Positions 27,746-38,616 of a DNA stretch of 64,000 nt are shown one piece after another. Where the stretch lies: contig CM119371.1 of NCBI GenBank assembly GCA_051294905.1, positions 21,392,001-21,456,000 of the forward strand. Reading direction: 5' to 3'. The notes beneath the pieces are model-generated. The model searched no databases. It saw only the letters and a program-made list of their open reading frames with translations, and had not been told where the DNA came from. How positions within the stretch are numbered: position 1 is the stretch's first letter; the number at the start of each line of letters is the position of its first letter. The DNA comes from Botryllus schlosseri. Lineage: Eukaryota. Position numbers and translations under genes: made by a program.

Positions 27746-27941
27746 CAATGTTCCCTCTAATTTTCGACGAGTTTGCGCACACTCAGCAACTCACTACACA
27801 GACCCTTGGACAACAGTGCGTAAACGTCTGTAAAAAAAGTCATAACTTCGGATTTTTTCGTGCGCAACTTGGATTTTCTGTGCGCAGAGACCATGTCAGC
27901 ACTGCGCATTTGCACACGTGAGTAGCTTAGAGGGAACATTG
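27746..27941. mobile_element. hAT MITE, CAATGTTCCC family
   Basis: TIRs CAATGTTCCCTCTAA...TTAGAGGGAACATTG; TSD CTTATAGG/CTTATAGA. Confidence 0.9.
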
Positions 27942-28248
27942 CTTATAGATATTATTGACGGTGCACATTTTAGAAATGCAACATTTCTTTATAATATTTC
28001 ATTGTGCCTGCCTGCCAAGTGTTCCTCGCCTTATAGGTATTGTCGACGGCGCAAATATTTTGGTACATTTTTTCAATTCATATTAGTCAATTTGAATACA
28101 AATAATGGGACACTGCTCTTTGTTTATTACGTACAGTGCAATTGTAGTTGAATCTTTCATTCCACGAAGTCATGCACATTTCATTCTCTTTATTATTTTT
28201 ACACCAGCACGGTTTACTGTGTTCGTTAAAATTTTAAAATAAACATAT

Positions 28249-29190
28249 TTAGTAGAAATATGTGTTGATCTTATTTTCAAGATAGGCTATTGCGTCAGTG
28301 TATCCAACTTCAGATGTTATATCCGTAGCTTCCTCGGGAGCAACTGCAATATCAGGAACTGGCTCATTGTTTTTTGTAGCAAAATTGTGCAAACATATTG
28401 TTGCAATGATTGCCAGGATGGTGTTTTCGATTTGCATTCGCATAGGATTTAGCAACATCTGGAAACGCTGTTTCAGAACGCAAAAGCATTGCTCGATCAG
28501 CATGCATGTCTTTGAGTGCATATAGCTGTATTTTTTTTTCTTGTGCAAGCTGTGGATTTGTTAATGGAGTCATCAGGTACATTTTTGGAGCATAGAGCCT
28601 CTGTCTCCCAGCACAACAGCATTAGTCACTACCGGTGTTCCCTGGGCATTGCAGTCCATTTGACAGTTCGAAGAAAAATATCCTTCCCTGCAATGATAAA
28701 TTTTCTGGTACAGAGCCACCTGGGGACTTTATTGGAATATGGGTATTGGGTACCATCAATTCAACCGATGACATTTGGAACTCCAGTATGTCGAAAGAAA
28801 TCACTCTTGGTTGGTAACGAATCATCCAATCGTGGTATAAATTTTCTCTATTCTCTGATAATACCCGAGAAATGCAGTGGATGATTCGGCGTGCAGTTGT
28901 CCGGCTTACACCAATCAAGTCAGCATCTGTTTGTTGAAAATGACCGTAGCAAAAAATCGGAGAGCACAGAGTAATTGCATCATGGGGTGCAAAGCTTGGC
29001 ACCGTACATCCAACCATGGGTCGTCTTTAATCATGTCCAATAGAATTACCGTAGCTCCCTTGTAAAATCCGTATAGCGGTCAACGAATTCATTTTCTGGG
29101 TATTTTACAAATGAGTCCGATATGTCTGCCAAGTAATGCCTGGGCATAACAATTGTATTTTCGTCGTCCGAACTGCTATCTACGATGTAC
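28249..29190 (-). pseudogene. Harbinger/PIF DDE transposase (HARBI1-like), frameshifted and internally deleted
   Basis: Across frames: QLLCALRFF, GHFQQTDADLIGVSRTTARRIIHCIS, GVPNVIG.IDGT..HIPIKSPGG, VLGDRG, YLMTPL.NP, HSKTCMLIEQCFCVLKQRF, ATICLHNF. The PGS.HD segment appears to be missing. The 5' boundary is approximate. Confidence 0.85.
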
Positions 29191-29396
29191 AAAATATACA
29201 ACAGTACCAGTTTGCAGTGCCGTCTTTAGAACTTATACCTGTGAATAAACTACAGAGTAATATGCATTAAAGCTGCAAAGTGGCTTCAAATCAATTTCAT
29301 AAGTCTACCAGGAAACGACGGCATTCATAACACATGGCCAAAATCAACAACATTTCCAATCAGCATTGGCATTGAAGCAATATTTACTACGAAGTC

Positions 29397-29561
29397 TGTA
29401 CTGAAAACGTACTACGACCTCAACGCAAGTTTGGTTTTTATTAACTAAATGAAGACTCGAGCAACTAAACGCGGTACATAAAACACTCAATATATAAGGT
29501 AGGGTAAGATGCGGGTAATCAACACGATTGGTGAGATCACGAAGAAACAATAATCACCACA
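29397..29561 (-). repeat. 3' LTR (165 bp)
   Basis: Reads TGTGGTG...CAGTACA on the minus strand; contains TATATA and AATAAA; identical by eye to the 5' LTR once the SINE is removed. Confidence 0.95.
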
Positions 29562-29574
29562 ATCACCCCTCCTT
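29562..29574 (-). other. polypurine tract
   Basis: Minus strand AAGGAGGGGTGAT immediately precedes the 3' LTR. Confidence 0.85.
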
Positions 29575-29641
29575 AAAAATAAGACTACACTATAAATAAA
29601 TCGTTACGAATGACAAATTTGTAAGCTACAAACAAAACAAT

Positions 29642-32619
29642 TTAGGCCCAATCTCCGTATCTATCAGGAGGCCGACGGATGCGAGTAGATCGACGGAGAG
29701 ATGTTGCAGGCATCGGACTGCCATCGACGTCGTCTGAGCGATCTACGTGAGAATCGGTGTTCGTGCGCTCCTTCTCAACTGACCGAATCGATTCTTCAAC
29801 CACTTGTTCAGGTTCACGCTCCGGAATCTCCATATCTTCCTCAGTTTCGGACTTTGAACGCAGGGATTCTGTTCGTTCACGAGGAGGACACGGAGCAAGG
29901 TCTTTCACAGATACCGTACTTTCACGACCGTCTCGGCGCTTTACAAGAGCATACTTTGGATTTACTTCAATGAGTTCGACATATTCGCAGAGAGGATCGC
30001 TTTTATTTCGGACGAATTTCCTCAGGAGCGCATCTTTGCTAGATATCATCCAATCTGGAATAGATTGACCGTGCATCGATCGACGACAAAATGAAAAGAA
30101 ACGTTCATGTGGAGTGACTCCGGTGGCAGTACATAATAATGACCTTATAGAGTGTAAGGCGTCTGCTAACACCGCTTCCCAAGCGCTCTCTGGCAATTTG
30201 TGAGATGCGAGTAAAAGTTTAATTGACCTCCATATCGTCTGATTAGCCCGCTCACATTGACTGTTACCCGTAGGGTGATAGGGAGTGGTACGACTGGTCG
30301 CAACACCCTTTCGGATCAAAAACTCGTGGACATCTTTAGAGAGAAAAGACTTTCCCCTGTCACTATGTACATAGCCAGGTAATCCAAACAAAGCGAACAA
30401 TGACGATAAACAGCTAATAACAGTCTGCGACGTCATATCGGCGCATGGGAAGACGAAAGGAAAACGACTGAATTCGTCGATTACAACAAGCAAGTAAGGT
30501 CGCTTTCCAGCGACTGGTCCCTTGAAATCCATACTCACGCGATCCCATGCCCTAATAGCTTTGACGAGAGTATAAGCTTCTGGTCTGAAAAATCGAGGTT
30601 TAATTTCAGCACATTCTGGGCAATCTCGGCACTCCTTCTTTATTTCTTCTGTGGAAAAAGGTAAACATTTAGCTCGAACGAAGTGCATCATCCGTCGCAC
30701 TCCTGGGTGCGACAGTGTTACGTGAATATTACGTAAGCTCGATCCTGTAAAGGCACAAACTCTCGACATCGAATCGGCGGCTACGTTGTCTTTACCTGGT
30801 CGATGTTTGATGCGGTATTTGAATGCACTTAATTCGAGTTTCCACAAGGACAATTTTGTATTCTTTATCTTACTGCGATGAGATTTCGCGAATATGAAGG
30901 ACAGTGCCTTTTGATCCGTGATCAAGGTAAACGGTTTTATATGAAGTAGATAGCCCCACTTACGTACTGCCTCAATAATGGCAGCTGCTTCTTTTTCTAC
31001 GGCAGCGTACCTCTTCTCATGCTTGTTCAGCGTTCTGTGCGCAAACGCTACCGGCCTACCTCTTTGGCTGAGTATTGCAGCAATGGCGTATTCAGAAGCA
31101 TCACACTCGATGGTAAATTCTTCATCCTCCAGAATACAGCCGAGACTTGACCGTAGGAGATCGTTCTTCAATTGCCGAAATGCCATCAAGGCTTCGCTGC
31201 TTAAGGGAAATGTCAAATCGTTGTTACATAGCGGACCAATTTTACCGGAAAAATTCGATATCCACTTCGAATAGTAAGAAAACATTCCCAGACAACGTTT
31301 CAAACTTTTTCCGTCAGAAGGCGCAGGTAAGTCAACTAGAGGCTTCAGATGAGCAGGATCGGGCTTTATGGAGTCGTGAGCGACGAGGTGTCCCAAAATG
31401 GACAATTCCTTGACACAGAACTTGCACTTGTTAACATTCAGAGTTAGATCACAAACCTTCGCGGCGGTTATAAAAGCATGCAAACGTTCATCATGCTGTT
31501 GCTTTGTATCGCCATAAATGGTAATGTCGTCTAGATAAGCGACAGTGCCTTTCAGTCCGTTGCCTTCTATAAATCTGTCAATAAAGCGTTGAAACGCAGC
31601 AACTCCATTAGTGACTCCAAAGGGAAGCCTGCAAAATTGATATAGACGACCACAAGCTTCGAATGCAGTAAAAGGCTTATCATTACTTCCAAGAGGTACC
31701 TGATGGTAAGCGGACTTCAAATCTATCGCACTGTACCATTTACCTCGAGCTACTTCATTTACGACGTTTTCAATCTTCGGAAGCGGATACGCATCTAGCG
31801 GAGTATAGCGGTTGATTGTTTGAGAGTAATCAACGACCAATCTCTTCTTGTGTCTGGAGTCCTTTACCACCAATACCTGAGCTCTCCACGGAGACGAGGA
31901 AGGTTCAATCACCCCAGAATCCAGAAGTTTTGAGACTTCGTCACGTATAAACACCTTGTCATCATTACTGTAGTTTTTGGACTTGGTAGCCAAGGGCTGC
32001 ACGTTCCCATCTACAAACCGAAAAATACACGGCGTCTCATCCACTTTAGCAGCTATCACATTACAGGCATCAGTTGCTGCTGCTGCTGTATCAGCGCTCC
32101 CGTCAGCGCTTTCATTTGTAACCAGCCCATCGCCTCCGCCACTTGCTCTGCCGCTGTTGATGGTTAGATCTCCATCGCCACTGAATTCAAAAACAACTCT
32201 TTTATGCTTTTCGAAGAAATTATGGCCTAGAACCAAATCGCAACAAAGATCGTCAAGAACGCCGAACCGAATAGATTTATATATTCGATTACCCAAATCC
32301 ACAGGAACACAAACGAAACCGTTGACTTCGGCGGCGAATTGTCCTGAAGCGAGTTTGATCATGGTTTGCAGACCTCTGCCTTTCAACCCAAGCGAAGCGG
32401 CTACTTTAGAATCCATGTAATTTTCCCAAGCTCCGGAATCCAGTAAGGCACGCAACTTTGCTTTACGAATGTAAGCTGGCACAGTAGTGTTGGACAGCGA
32501 GGAACAGCCATTAGATGCAAGAATGGACGAGATTCGAGGTTCAGTGACAGACGCAGCTGTTTTCACTACTTGGGATCGACACATTTTACTGAAATGTCCT
32601 TGCTTTTGGCACTTGAAAC
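29642..32619 (-). CDS. pol: gag C-terminus plus pol polyprotein (protease, RT, RNase H, integrase)
   Basis: 980-aa ORF 29642-32584: protease LLDSGA; RT IDLKSAYHQ, LPFG, YLDD; RNase H ECDAS/EKE/TDQ/ADSMSR; integrase H..H..CPEC, MDFKG, HSDRG, QCER. The frame stays open up to the MITE junction. No chromodomain seen. Confidence 0.97.
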
Positions 32620-33560
32620 CAGTGTTGGGATGACTCGAGTCATGACTTGACTCGAGTCAGACTCGAGTCACCTTTTTTGAATGACTTTACTTGACTCGAG
32701 TCACTTTGCTAAAATGACTTGACTTGACTTGACTCGGCGTATCAGAAATATGGATTGACTCGTGACTCGGAGCAAAATTCACGAGTCAATTTCAAGTCAT
32801 CAAGTAATCGATGTCGATAAAAATCAATGGATCTTGCATATGTTCGGATTGTTCGCGAAACGCTGGTAAAACCCGCGAGAGCGACCAATCATTTAATGAT
32901 CGTGCGTTTTACTGAGCCTCCATTGTTCCCTCACAAATAAATTGACCGCAAACGAAGTGATCGAAGAATATAGCTCACGTTGTCGTAAACTAGTATAAGC
33001 TAGGACAGTAAAGTAATTAATCTCTGGTTTTACGTTGACTAAACCTCTTGTTTTATTGAAATTGAATTCGAATATAGTTTATATAGTCCTCAACCATTGG
33101 CGCAGGCTCGAATTGTATCAGATCGATTTGTAAATGGGTTATGTATTTCATCCTATCAATTCGTATCTATTATCTATTTTGGCTGGAAACTATATATTGT
33201 GGTTTAGCAGTTCTACGTATATGTGAGCGATACAGCGCCTTCTTGCGTGTATATTTAACTCTATGTTCGTTCATCGGTTCAAAATCAATAACCACTCAAT
33301 CTGTATTTCAGACAGATAGCAAAATGCAATAACGTTGTCATGCCCCAGACTTCGAAAAGGCAACTTGACTTGAATTGTGACTTGACTCGTGACTTGACTT
33401 GACTTGACTCGACTTGACTCGAGTCACCTCCAAAAATCGAGTGACTTGACTTGACTCGAGTCACCTTTGAAAATCGATTGACTTGACTTGACTCGAGTCA
33501 AAATGGGCAATGACTCGAAATGACTCGTGACTTTAAGGTAGTGACTTGATCCCAACACTG
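32620..33560. mobile_element. 941-bp hAT MITE inserted in the gag zinc knuckle
   Basis: Perfect TIRs CAGTGTTGGGAT...ATCCCAACACTG; perfect TSD CTTGAAAC (32612-32619, 33561-33568); GACTT/GACTCGAGTC arrays. Confidence 0.97.
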
Positions 33561-34397
33561 CTTGAAACACCTCACGTACCGAGCAGGGCATAGGGCACGG
33601 TCTAAAACGTGACTGTTACCACAAAATATACACTTCGACGATTGACGACGGACTACCCCGACTTCACTTACGCCATTATTCGAAGATGTACAATCCGTGC
33701 GAGCCACGCTATTCACATTAGCGATCTCGCTCGCATCATTATTCGCAGCAATGTGTGCGGATGCGCAATCTATGCGAGCCATGCTACTCACAGTAGCGGT
33801 GGTCTCGTAGGAACGAGAGAAGCACTCTGCTTTCTCCATAGTGTCTGCAACTTGAAGCGCTTTATCCAAAGATAGTTCCTCGTGTTCCAGAAGACGGAGA
33901 CGTATATTTGCTGATCGCAATCCAGAAATGAACGCATCGCGTACAGATTCTTCCAAATGCGTTTCTGCGGTAACCGACTTGAACTCGCATTTCTTGCCCA
34001 ATGTTAACAATTCTTGTGCAAATTCAGATACGCTCTCACTCGTCATTTGTTTTCTGGCCGAGAGGTTATGACGAGCGTAAATAGTATTGTTCTTCTTGAC
34101 ATACATCTTCTTCAATTTCTCCATTGCTTCAAGGTAGTTCTCCTTATCTTCGATATACGAAAATATCTCAGCAGACATGTATCCACCCATAATAGCGATC
34201 TTATTGATGGCGGAAAGTGCGGGTGAATCCGACCCACTCCCAGACGATGCGGAGCCGGCATTTCTTGATTGCTCAACGGCTTCAATATAGCTCTCCAACA
34301 TACGCTTCCAATGGTTGAAAACCTTCTGCGAATCCACTGCACGTGGTAACACCTCCAACACTGGTACGCGGATGAGCTTCTCGTTGTAAGCAGCCAT
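33561..34397 (-). CDS. gag: gag (capsid-like region plus zinc knuckles), interrupted by the MITE
   Basis: RKQMTSESVSEFAQELLTLGKKCEF...VRDAFISGLRS...RLLE; first knuckle CIFCGNSHVLDRALC; second knuckle begins CFK at the MITE junction. Confidence 0.92.
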
Positions 34398-34441
34398 GTC
34401 TTTTACGGAAAAGACGACAACGTTCGTTTAGTTAATAAAAT

Positions 34442-34897
34442 TGTACTGAAAACGTACTACGACCTCAACGCAAGTTTGGTTTTTATTAACTAAATGAAGA
34501 CTCGAGCAACTAAACGCGGTACATAAAACACTCAATATATAAGGTAGGGTAAGATGCGGGTTTGTTTGTTTTTTGGGTATTCATGGTGTTTATCGACTAC
34601 TATGGTCATTTACACCAGGCCGATATTCTTCTTGTTTTTCCGTAACTGCCGACTTATAGCACGGCCCACCTCTAGGCTTTTTGTAAGACACCGCTGACGC
34701 GGATGAGGTGGCGAGGAGGAGCCTAGGTAAACCTCCAACACTTAGATATCGGAATTCGGAAGTCGACCTCGGTCGGACTCGAACCCGCACCCATTGGTGT
34801 TGCAGCCGCGGATTATACCACTGCGCTATCTCGCCACATGTAAGATGCGGGTAATCAACACGATTGGTGAGATCACGAAGAAACAATAATCACCACA
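34442..34897 (-). repeat. 5' LTR, interrupted by a SINE
   Basis: 456 bp = 165-bp LTR + 278-bp SINE + 13-bp TSD. Confidence 0.95.
34562..34839 (-). mobile_element. full-length tRNA-derived SINE (278 bp)
   Basis: Minus strand begins ATGTGGCGAGATAGCGCAGTGG (A box) ... GGTTCGAGTCC (B box) and ends in an A-rich tail CCCAAAAAACAAACAA; 13-bp TSD GTAAGATGCGGGT (34549-34561, 34840-34852). Confidence 0.93.
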
Positions 34898-34956
34898 AAG
34901 TCGATGGGTTGACATGGCAACCTTCCACGGATCACTACATTTTGCGTCATTTTGAC

Positions 34957-36219
34957 TAGAGCCCGACCGATTATCGGCTCGCCGGTAATATCGAGTCGAT
35001 ATCACGCTTGGAAAGAAATATCGGTATCGGCCATCGAAGGTAAAAAGATATCGGCCATATTCGTGACGTCACAACATGGTGGCAGGGAGTCAGAGAAATC
35101 GATAGAAGACGCGAGGACGGTAAATTACAAAAATAAATGGCCAAGCTGCATATAGTGCATACTGCATACAGGGCAGTAGGCGTGCCTATATGAAAAATAT
35201 TATAGATGACTAACCACCGCTATGCTCCACTGACTTCGTGGGAATCCCCCTTCAGTGATCGATTACGTAAGACAGAGAGCAGCTGGATGGATAGTTGTCT
35301 GCGGAAGATTTCAATCAGTAAGAGAAATGAGAACTCCAATCATGCTGGACTGACCATCGAAATGACAGAGAAAATCGTCGCGTCGAAACATTTCTCGGTT
35401 CGGTACCAACAGAGCTAATTATACCATTAATGTATGAAGTCTGACTGAGGCCTGCGGCTGCGGGGTTACCATGATGGGAAATATGCGAGCATAGAGGGCA
35501 AGAAAATCAAGCAAACGTGGAGTAAAGCCAATAATTGATATGAACATTTTTGATTCCATGATGACATTGGCCAATTCTGACAAAAGAGCGTAAAATAGTG
35601 ATCGATTGATTGTTGAAATGCTGGTCATGGTCAAGGCCCAAGGGGGATGGGTGGAGCAGTTGCAGACGTGGACAATTTGAGTTGTTTTGCACATTCTCTT
35701 CAGCTATTTGTTGATGTGCTGAAAGCTCCAGGTGCACTGCCAGAACAATATCGATATAATAATCAATATTTGGTGAAACCATTGAAGGAAAGATCCCCTG
35801 CAAGGGAGTGGTGAAACCGAAATGAAGAAAGATTTCCAATTCTTGCTGTGCCACTAACTATGGTACCAAGTGAAAGACTGCTCACTGTGTTTAGTACTAT
35901 ATACATCATCTATGGAAGACCACAGAAGTTCACTATTTGGAGAAAGGGCCAAGAAATTGTGCTTCATGAACTGTAATCTGCAACTGCTGGATTGGTGCTT
36001 TTGATATATTTTTATAGTTCCTTGATCATTTATTTCATGTTCAAGCATATCAATGGCTGTGAAGTTGTTAAAAGAAATGCTCTGAGGTGTTAGATATGGG
36101 CCTGGAGCTAGATTCCATATCTTTTGAATATCGGCTGAATATATCGGGGTTATCGGTGGAGGTACTGGATATCGGTCTTATCGGTATCGGCTCAGAAATC
36201 CAATATCGGTCGGGCTCTA
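34957..36219 (+). mobile_element. hAT internal-deletion derivative with transposase C-terminal remnant
   Basis: Perfect TIRs TAGAGCCCGACCGAT...ATCGGTCGGGCTCTA; perfect TSD ATTTTGAC. ~35790-35995 encodes, with frameshifts, DPLQ..NEERFPILA..PLTMVPSERL..DHRSSLFGERAKKLCFMNCNL, a hAT dimerization domain. Confidence 0.9.
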
Positions 36220-36960
36220 ATTTTGACGCAAAAGCGTCCTACATCCTGGATTTGTAGATCTACTAACTTCGCACGAACATCCAATGTTTTGGCGTGCGGA
36301 TCATCTACTTCTAAATCGGGAGATCTTGGAACTCGCAGATTAAGCGAAAATCCAGGATGTTTTTACTCAGCTTTTTGGCCTCCACCCAAATTGTCATAAG
36401 ATTTCTTGCTTGGTAGCCTACCCCCTACTGACAATGAAAAAAAAACGCCCAATTGACCCGATTGAGTCTAACTGTATTCGTAATCACGCAAGACAGTATT
36501 TTCGCGCTCGCATAAAGATCGTCGACGGTGAAATGTAGGCACAAAATTATTGTCGCATATTATCGGAGACCTTCGATATTGACGTGACCAGACGCCGAAC
36601 AGTCGTGTCCTTGCAAACTTAGCCTAGCGGGGGGTATACAATAGACCCGCAATACTCAAGTAATAATATTATTGACCTAGTTTATTTATAAAGTTAGAAA
36701 ATTTTACCCGCTTGGCGCGGCTAGTGGGCCGCACAGTCGCTCGTCAATTGCATGTGCCACTTTAGCCGAAAAGGTTGGCGATTCCTGGTCTATATAGGTT
36801 ACTAATCTACCCATAGGTTAGTTATCTATTGTAATCTAGATTATGTCAGCCGTCAGTAACATCCGATGTAGCAACGAAGACATATAGGTGCCGCCGTGCC
36901 AGCTTGTGACGTCATACTGAATACTTGTCAATTGGTGACAACATCATAGTTGCACTAGAA

Positions 36961-38096
36961 CAGGGGTCGCCAACTCAAAATGGGTAGCGGGCCACTTTTC
37001 CAAATTCCTCGAGGCCGCGGGCCGCATGACATCAATATTGAGATAAAAGTAGGCAACCACGTCTGATAACTCTACGTTATTAGAATGATGTGTCCTCTAA
37101 CATGGGCGACGGTTAGGCTATAGCCAGCACAAAAGAAATAATATTTTATTGAACAAACACAAATACAACAAAAAGTATCATGATCATCAATTTCATTATA
37201 TTTTGAACTATGAGCTGTACACGATATCTGACAACACTCTGTAGCCGCTAAAACAGGGGTCGCCTACATTTTTGCTATTCACGGCTGCATTTCGATTACT
37301 CATGTAGCCTGCGGCCGCATACCGTTAGTTAGCCGTGATAAACTATAGCTGGGGCCAAATACCCACGTTAAACTGTCCATGTCCATTGCCGGTACCCTCC
37401 GAACTAATCTATTTATGCATCTCGGCTTACTATGCGCACCGAAATCGTTAGTAGTTATGATGTAAAGAGCCACAGGAAACCGTTCTGGAGTCGCGCCAAG
37501 CGCGTCAAATTTTTCATATTCATGAGTGAATTTTGTCAAAATATATTAGTATAGTTTCACATATTACTATAAAATATTTATCCTTTTCCGGCCAATGTGA
37601 TCAGATTCACCGATAGAGCTGATGTAGGGGTTGTCTTCGGAAACTTAGGGTAGGTATTTAAAGTGTCGACAGCCGCATAATTTCCCTTCTAATGCCGCAG
37701 ATTGGCCACCCCTGGATTAAAGAATCAATATTGGGGTTAGCTAAACACGGTGGGCCTACTTGCTAGACAACTATCACCTCGTAAAGCTTGGTCTTTTGGA
37801 TAGCCCAAGGTGGCTTTTAAAGCGTCTCGGTCTTGGCAGTGGTGGGCCATTGCACGTCAGAGCAATATACCCATTCGTACCAACAAATTCTTCATCCATG
37901 GAATGATATTTTCATGCTGAAGCCGTATCGACTAGGAATAGTAATATTAGACACATAGAAAGGCTTACTTTGAACAACAACAACATCGTGTTTCGACTGA
38001 AATCAATTTCAGCATTTCAAGTTGATTTACTAAGCGTTCAAATCAGGTCGCGGGCCGCAAAATAGGACCTCGCGGGCCGCGTGTTGGTGACCCATG
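36961..38096. mobile_element. hAT MITE, CAGGGGT family, probably containing a second MITE at ~37254-37714
   Basis: CAGGGGTCGCCAAC...GTTGGTGACCCATG; perfect TSD CACTAGAA. Confidence 0.85.
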
Positions 38097-38418
38097 CACT
38101 AGAACCCACTTTATGCCATTTATGTGCACAGCACTAAAATTCAGGCCTGCTGTTCAATTATGATATCAGCAGATGTGGTTGTTGCATATATATATATAAT
38201 GGCATCTTATGAAATAGGTCGGAGCCGGAGCTACTCCTCAATAAGGGGCTCCAGCTCCGGCTCCGGCTCAATTTTATGTAGAGCTCCGGCTCCGGCTCCA
38301 GCTCCGGTGAAAATGCACGGCTCCGGGGCTCCGGCTCCGGGCTCCGGCTCCGGCTCCTAAGCTCTGGTCACAATCATCATTCATATTACGGAACACTATT
38401 TCATGATATTTATTTAAG

Positions 38419-38616
38419 GCGTATGAAGCTGGACACACACTCATTACGAAAGTGAAAGATGGAGATCTATATCTGGACCATACCGAATTTACCAGGTTCT
38501 TGAGGGAATCCAACATTGGCGATAAAGCCTTTTCCATAATTTCCATCTCGGGGGCTGCAAGACAGGGAAAGTCGTTCATGATGAATCTTATACTACGTTT
38601 CTTCGAGACAGAGGCG
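38419..38616 (+). CDS. atlastin-like exon, P-loop (G1)
   Basis: TTTAAG|GCG...GCG|GTATGT; ISISGAARQGKSFMMNLILRFF, compare atlastin GAFRKGKSF. Confidence 0.9.

Larger units (their letters stand above)
29397..34897 (-). mobile_element. full-length Ty3/Gypsy LTR retrotransposon (Mag-like)
   Basis: Two TG...CA LTRs; 5-bp TSD AAGTC (29392-29396, 34898-34902); polypurine tract; gag-PR-RT-RH-IN order; two zinc knuckles in gag. The clade assignment is inference. Confidence 0.97.
24898..36387 (-). mobile_element. PIF/Harbinger DNA transposon (decayed, host of nested insertions)
   Basis: Perfect 16-bp TIRs GGGTGGAGGCCAAAAA (24898-24913) and TTTTTGGCCTCCACCC (36372-36387); flanks TAA/AAA (expected 3-bp TWA-type TSD, one mismatch); encloses a Harbinger transposase pseudogene. 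Confidence 0.8.

Noticed and set aside
28249..29017. Domesticated HARBI1 host gene
   Set aside because: Multiple frameshifts, an internal deletion and flanking TIRs show it is a decayed transposon.
29701..32420. Plus-strand ORFs overlapping pol (e.g. 31977-32420, 29757-30068)
   Set aside because: Antisense shadows of the long pol ORF, with no recognisable motifs.
33498..33560. Gag C-terminus QCWDQVTTLKSRVISSHCPF and a separate pol start at 32584
   Set aside because: This is read-through into the MITE; the true frame continues into pol after excision.
38124..38360. Pro/Ala/Gly/Ser-repeat ORF (also 19751-20097)
   Set aside because: Translation of the (GGAGCC)n subterminal repeats of a MITE.
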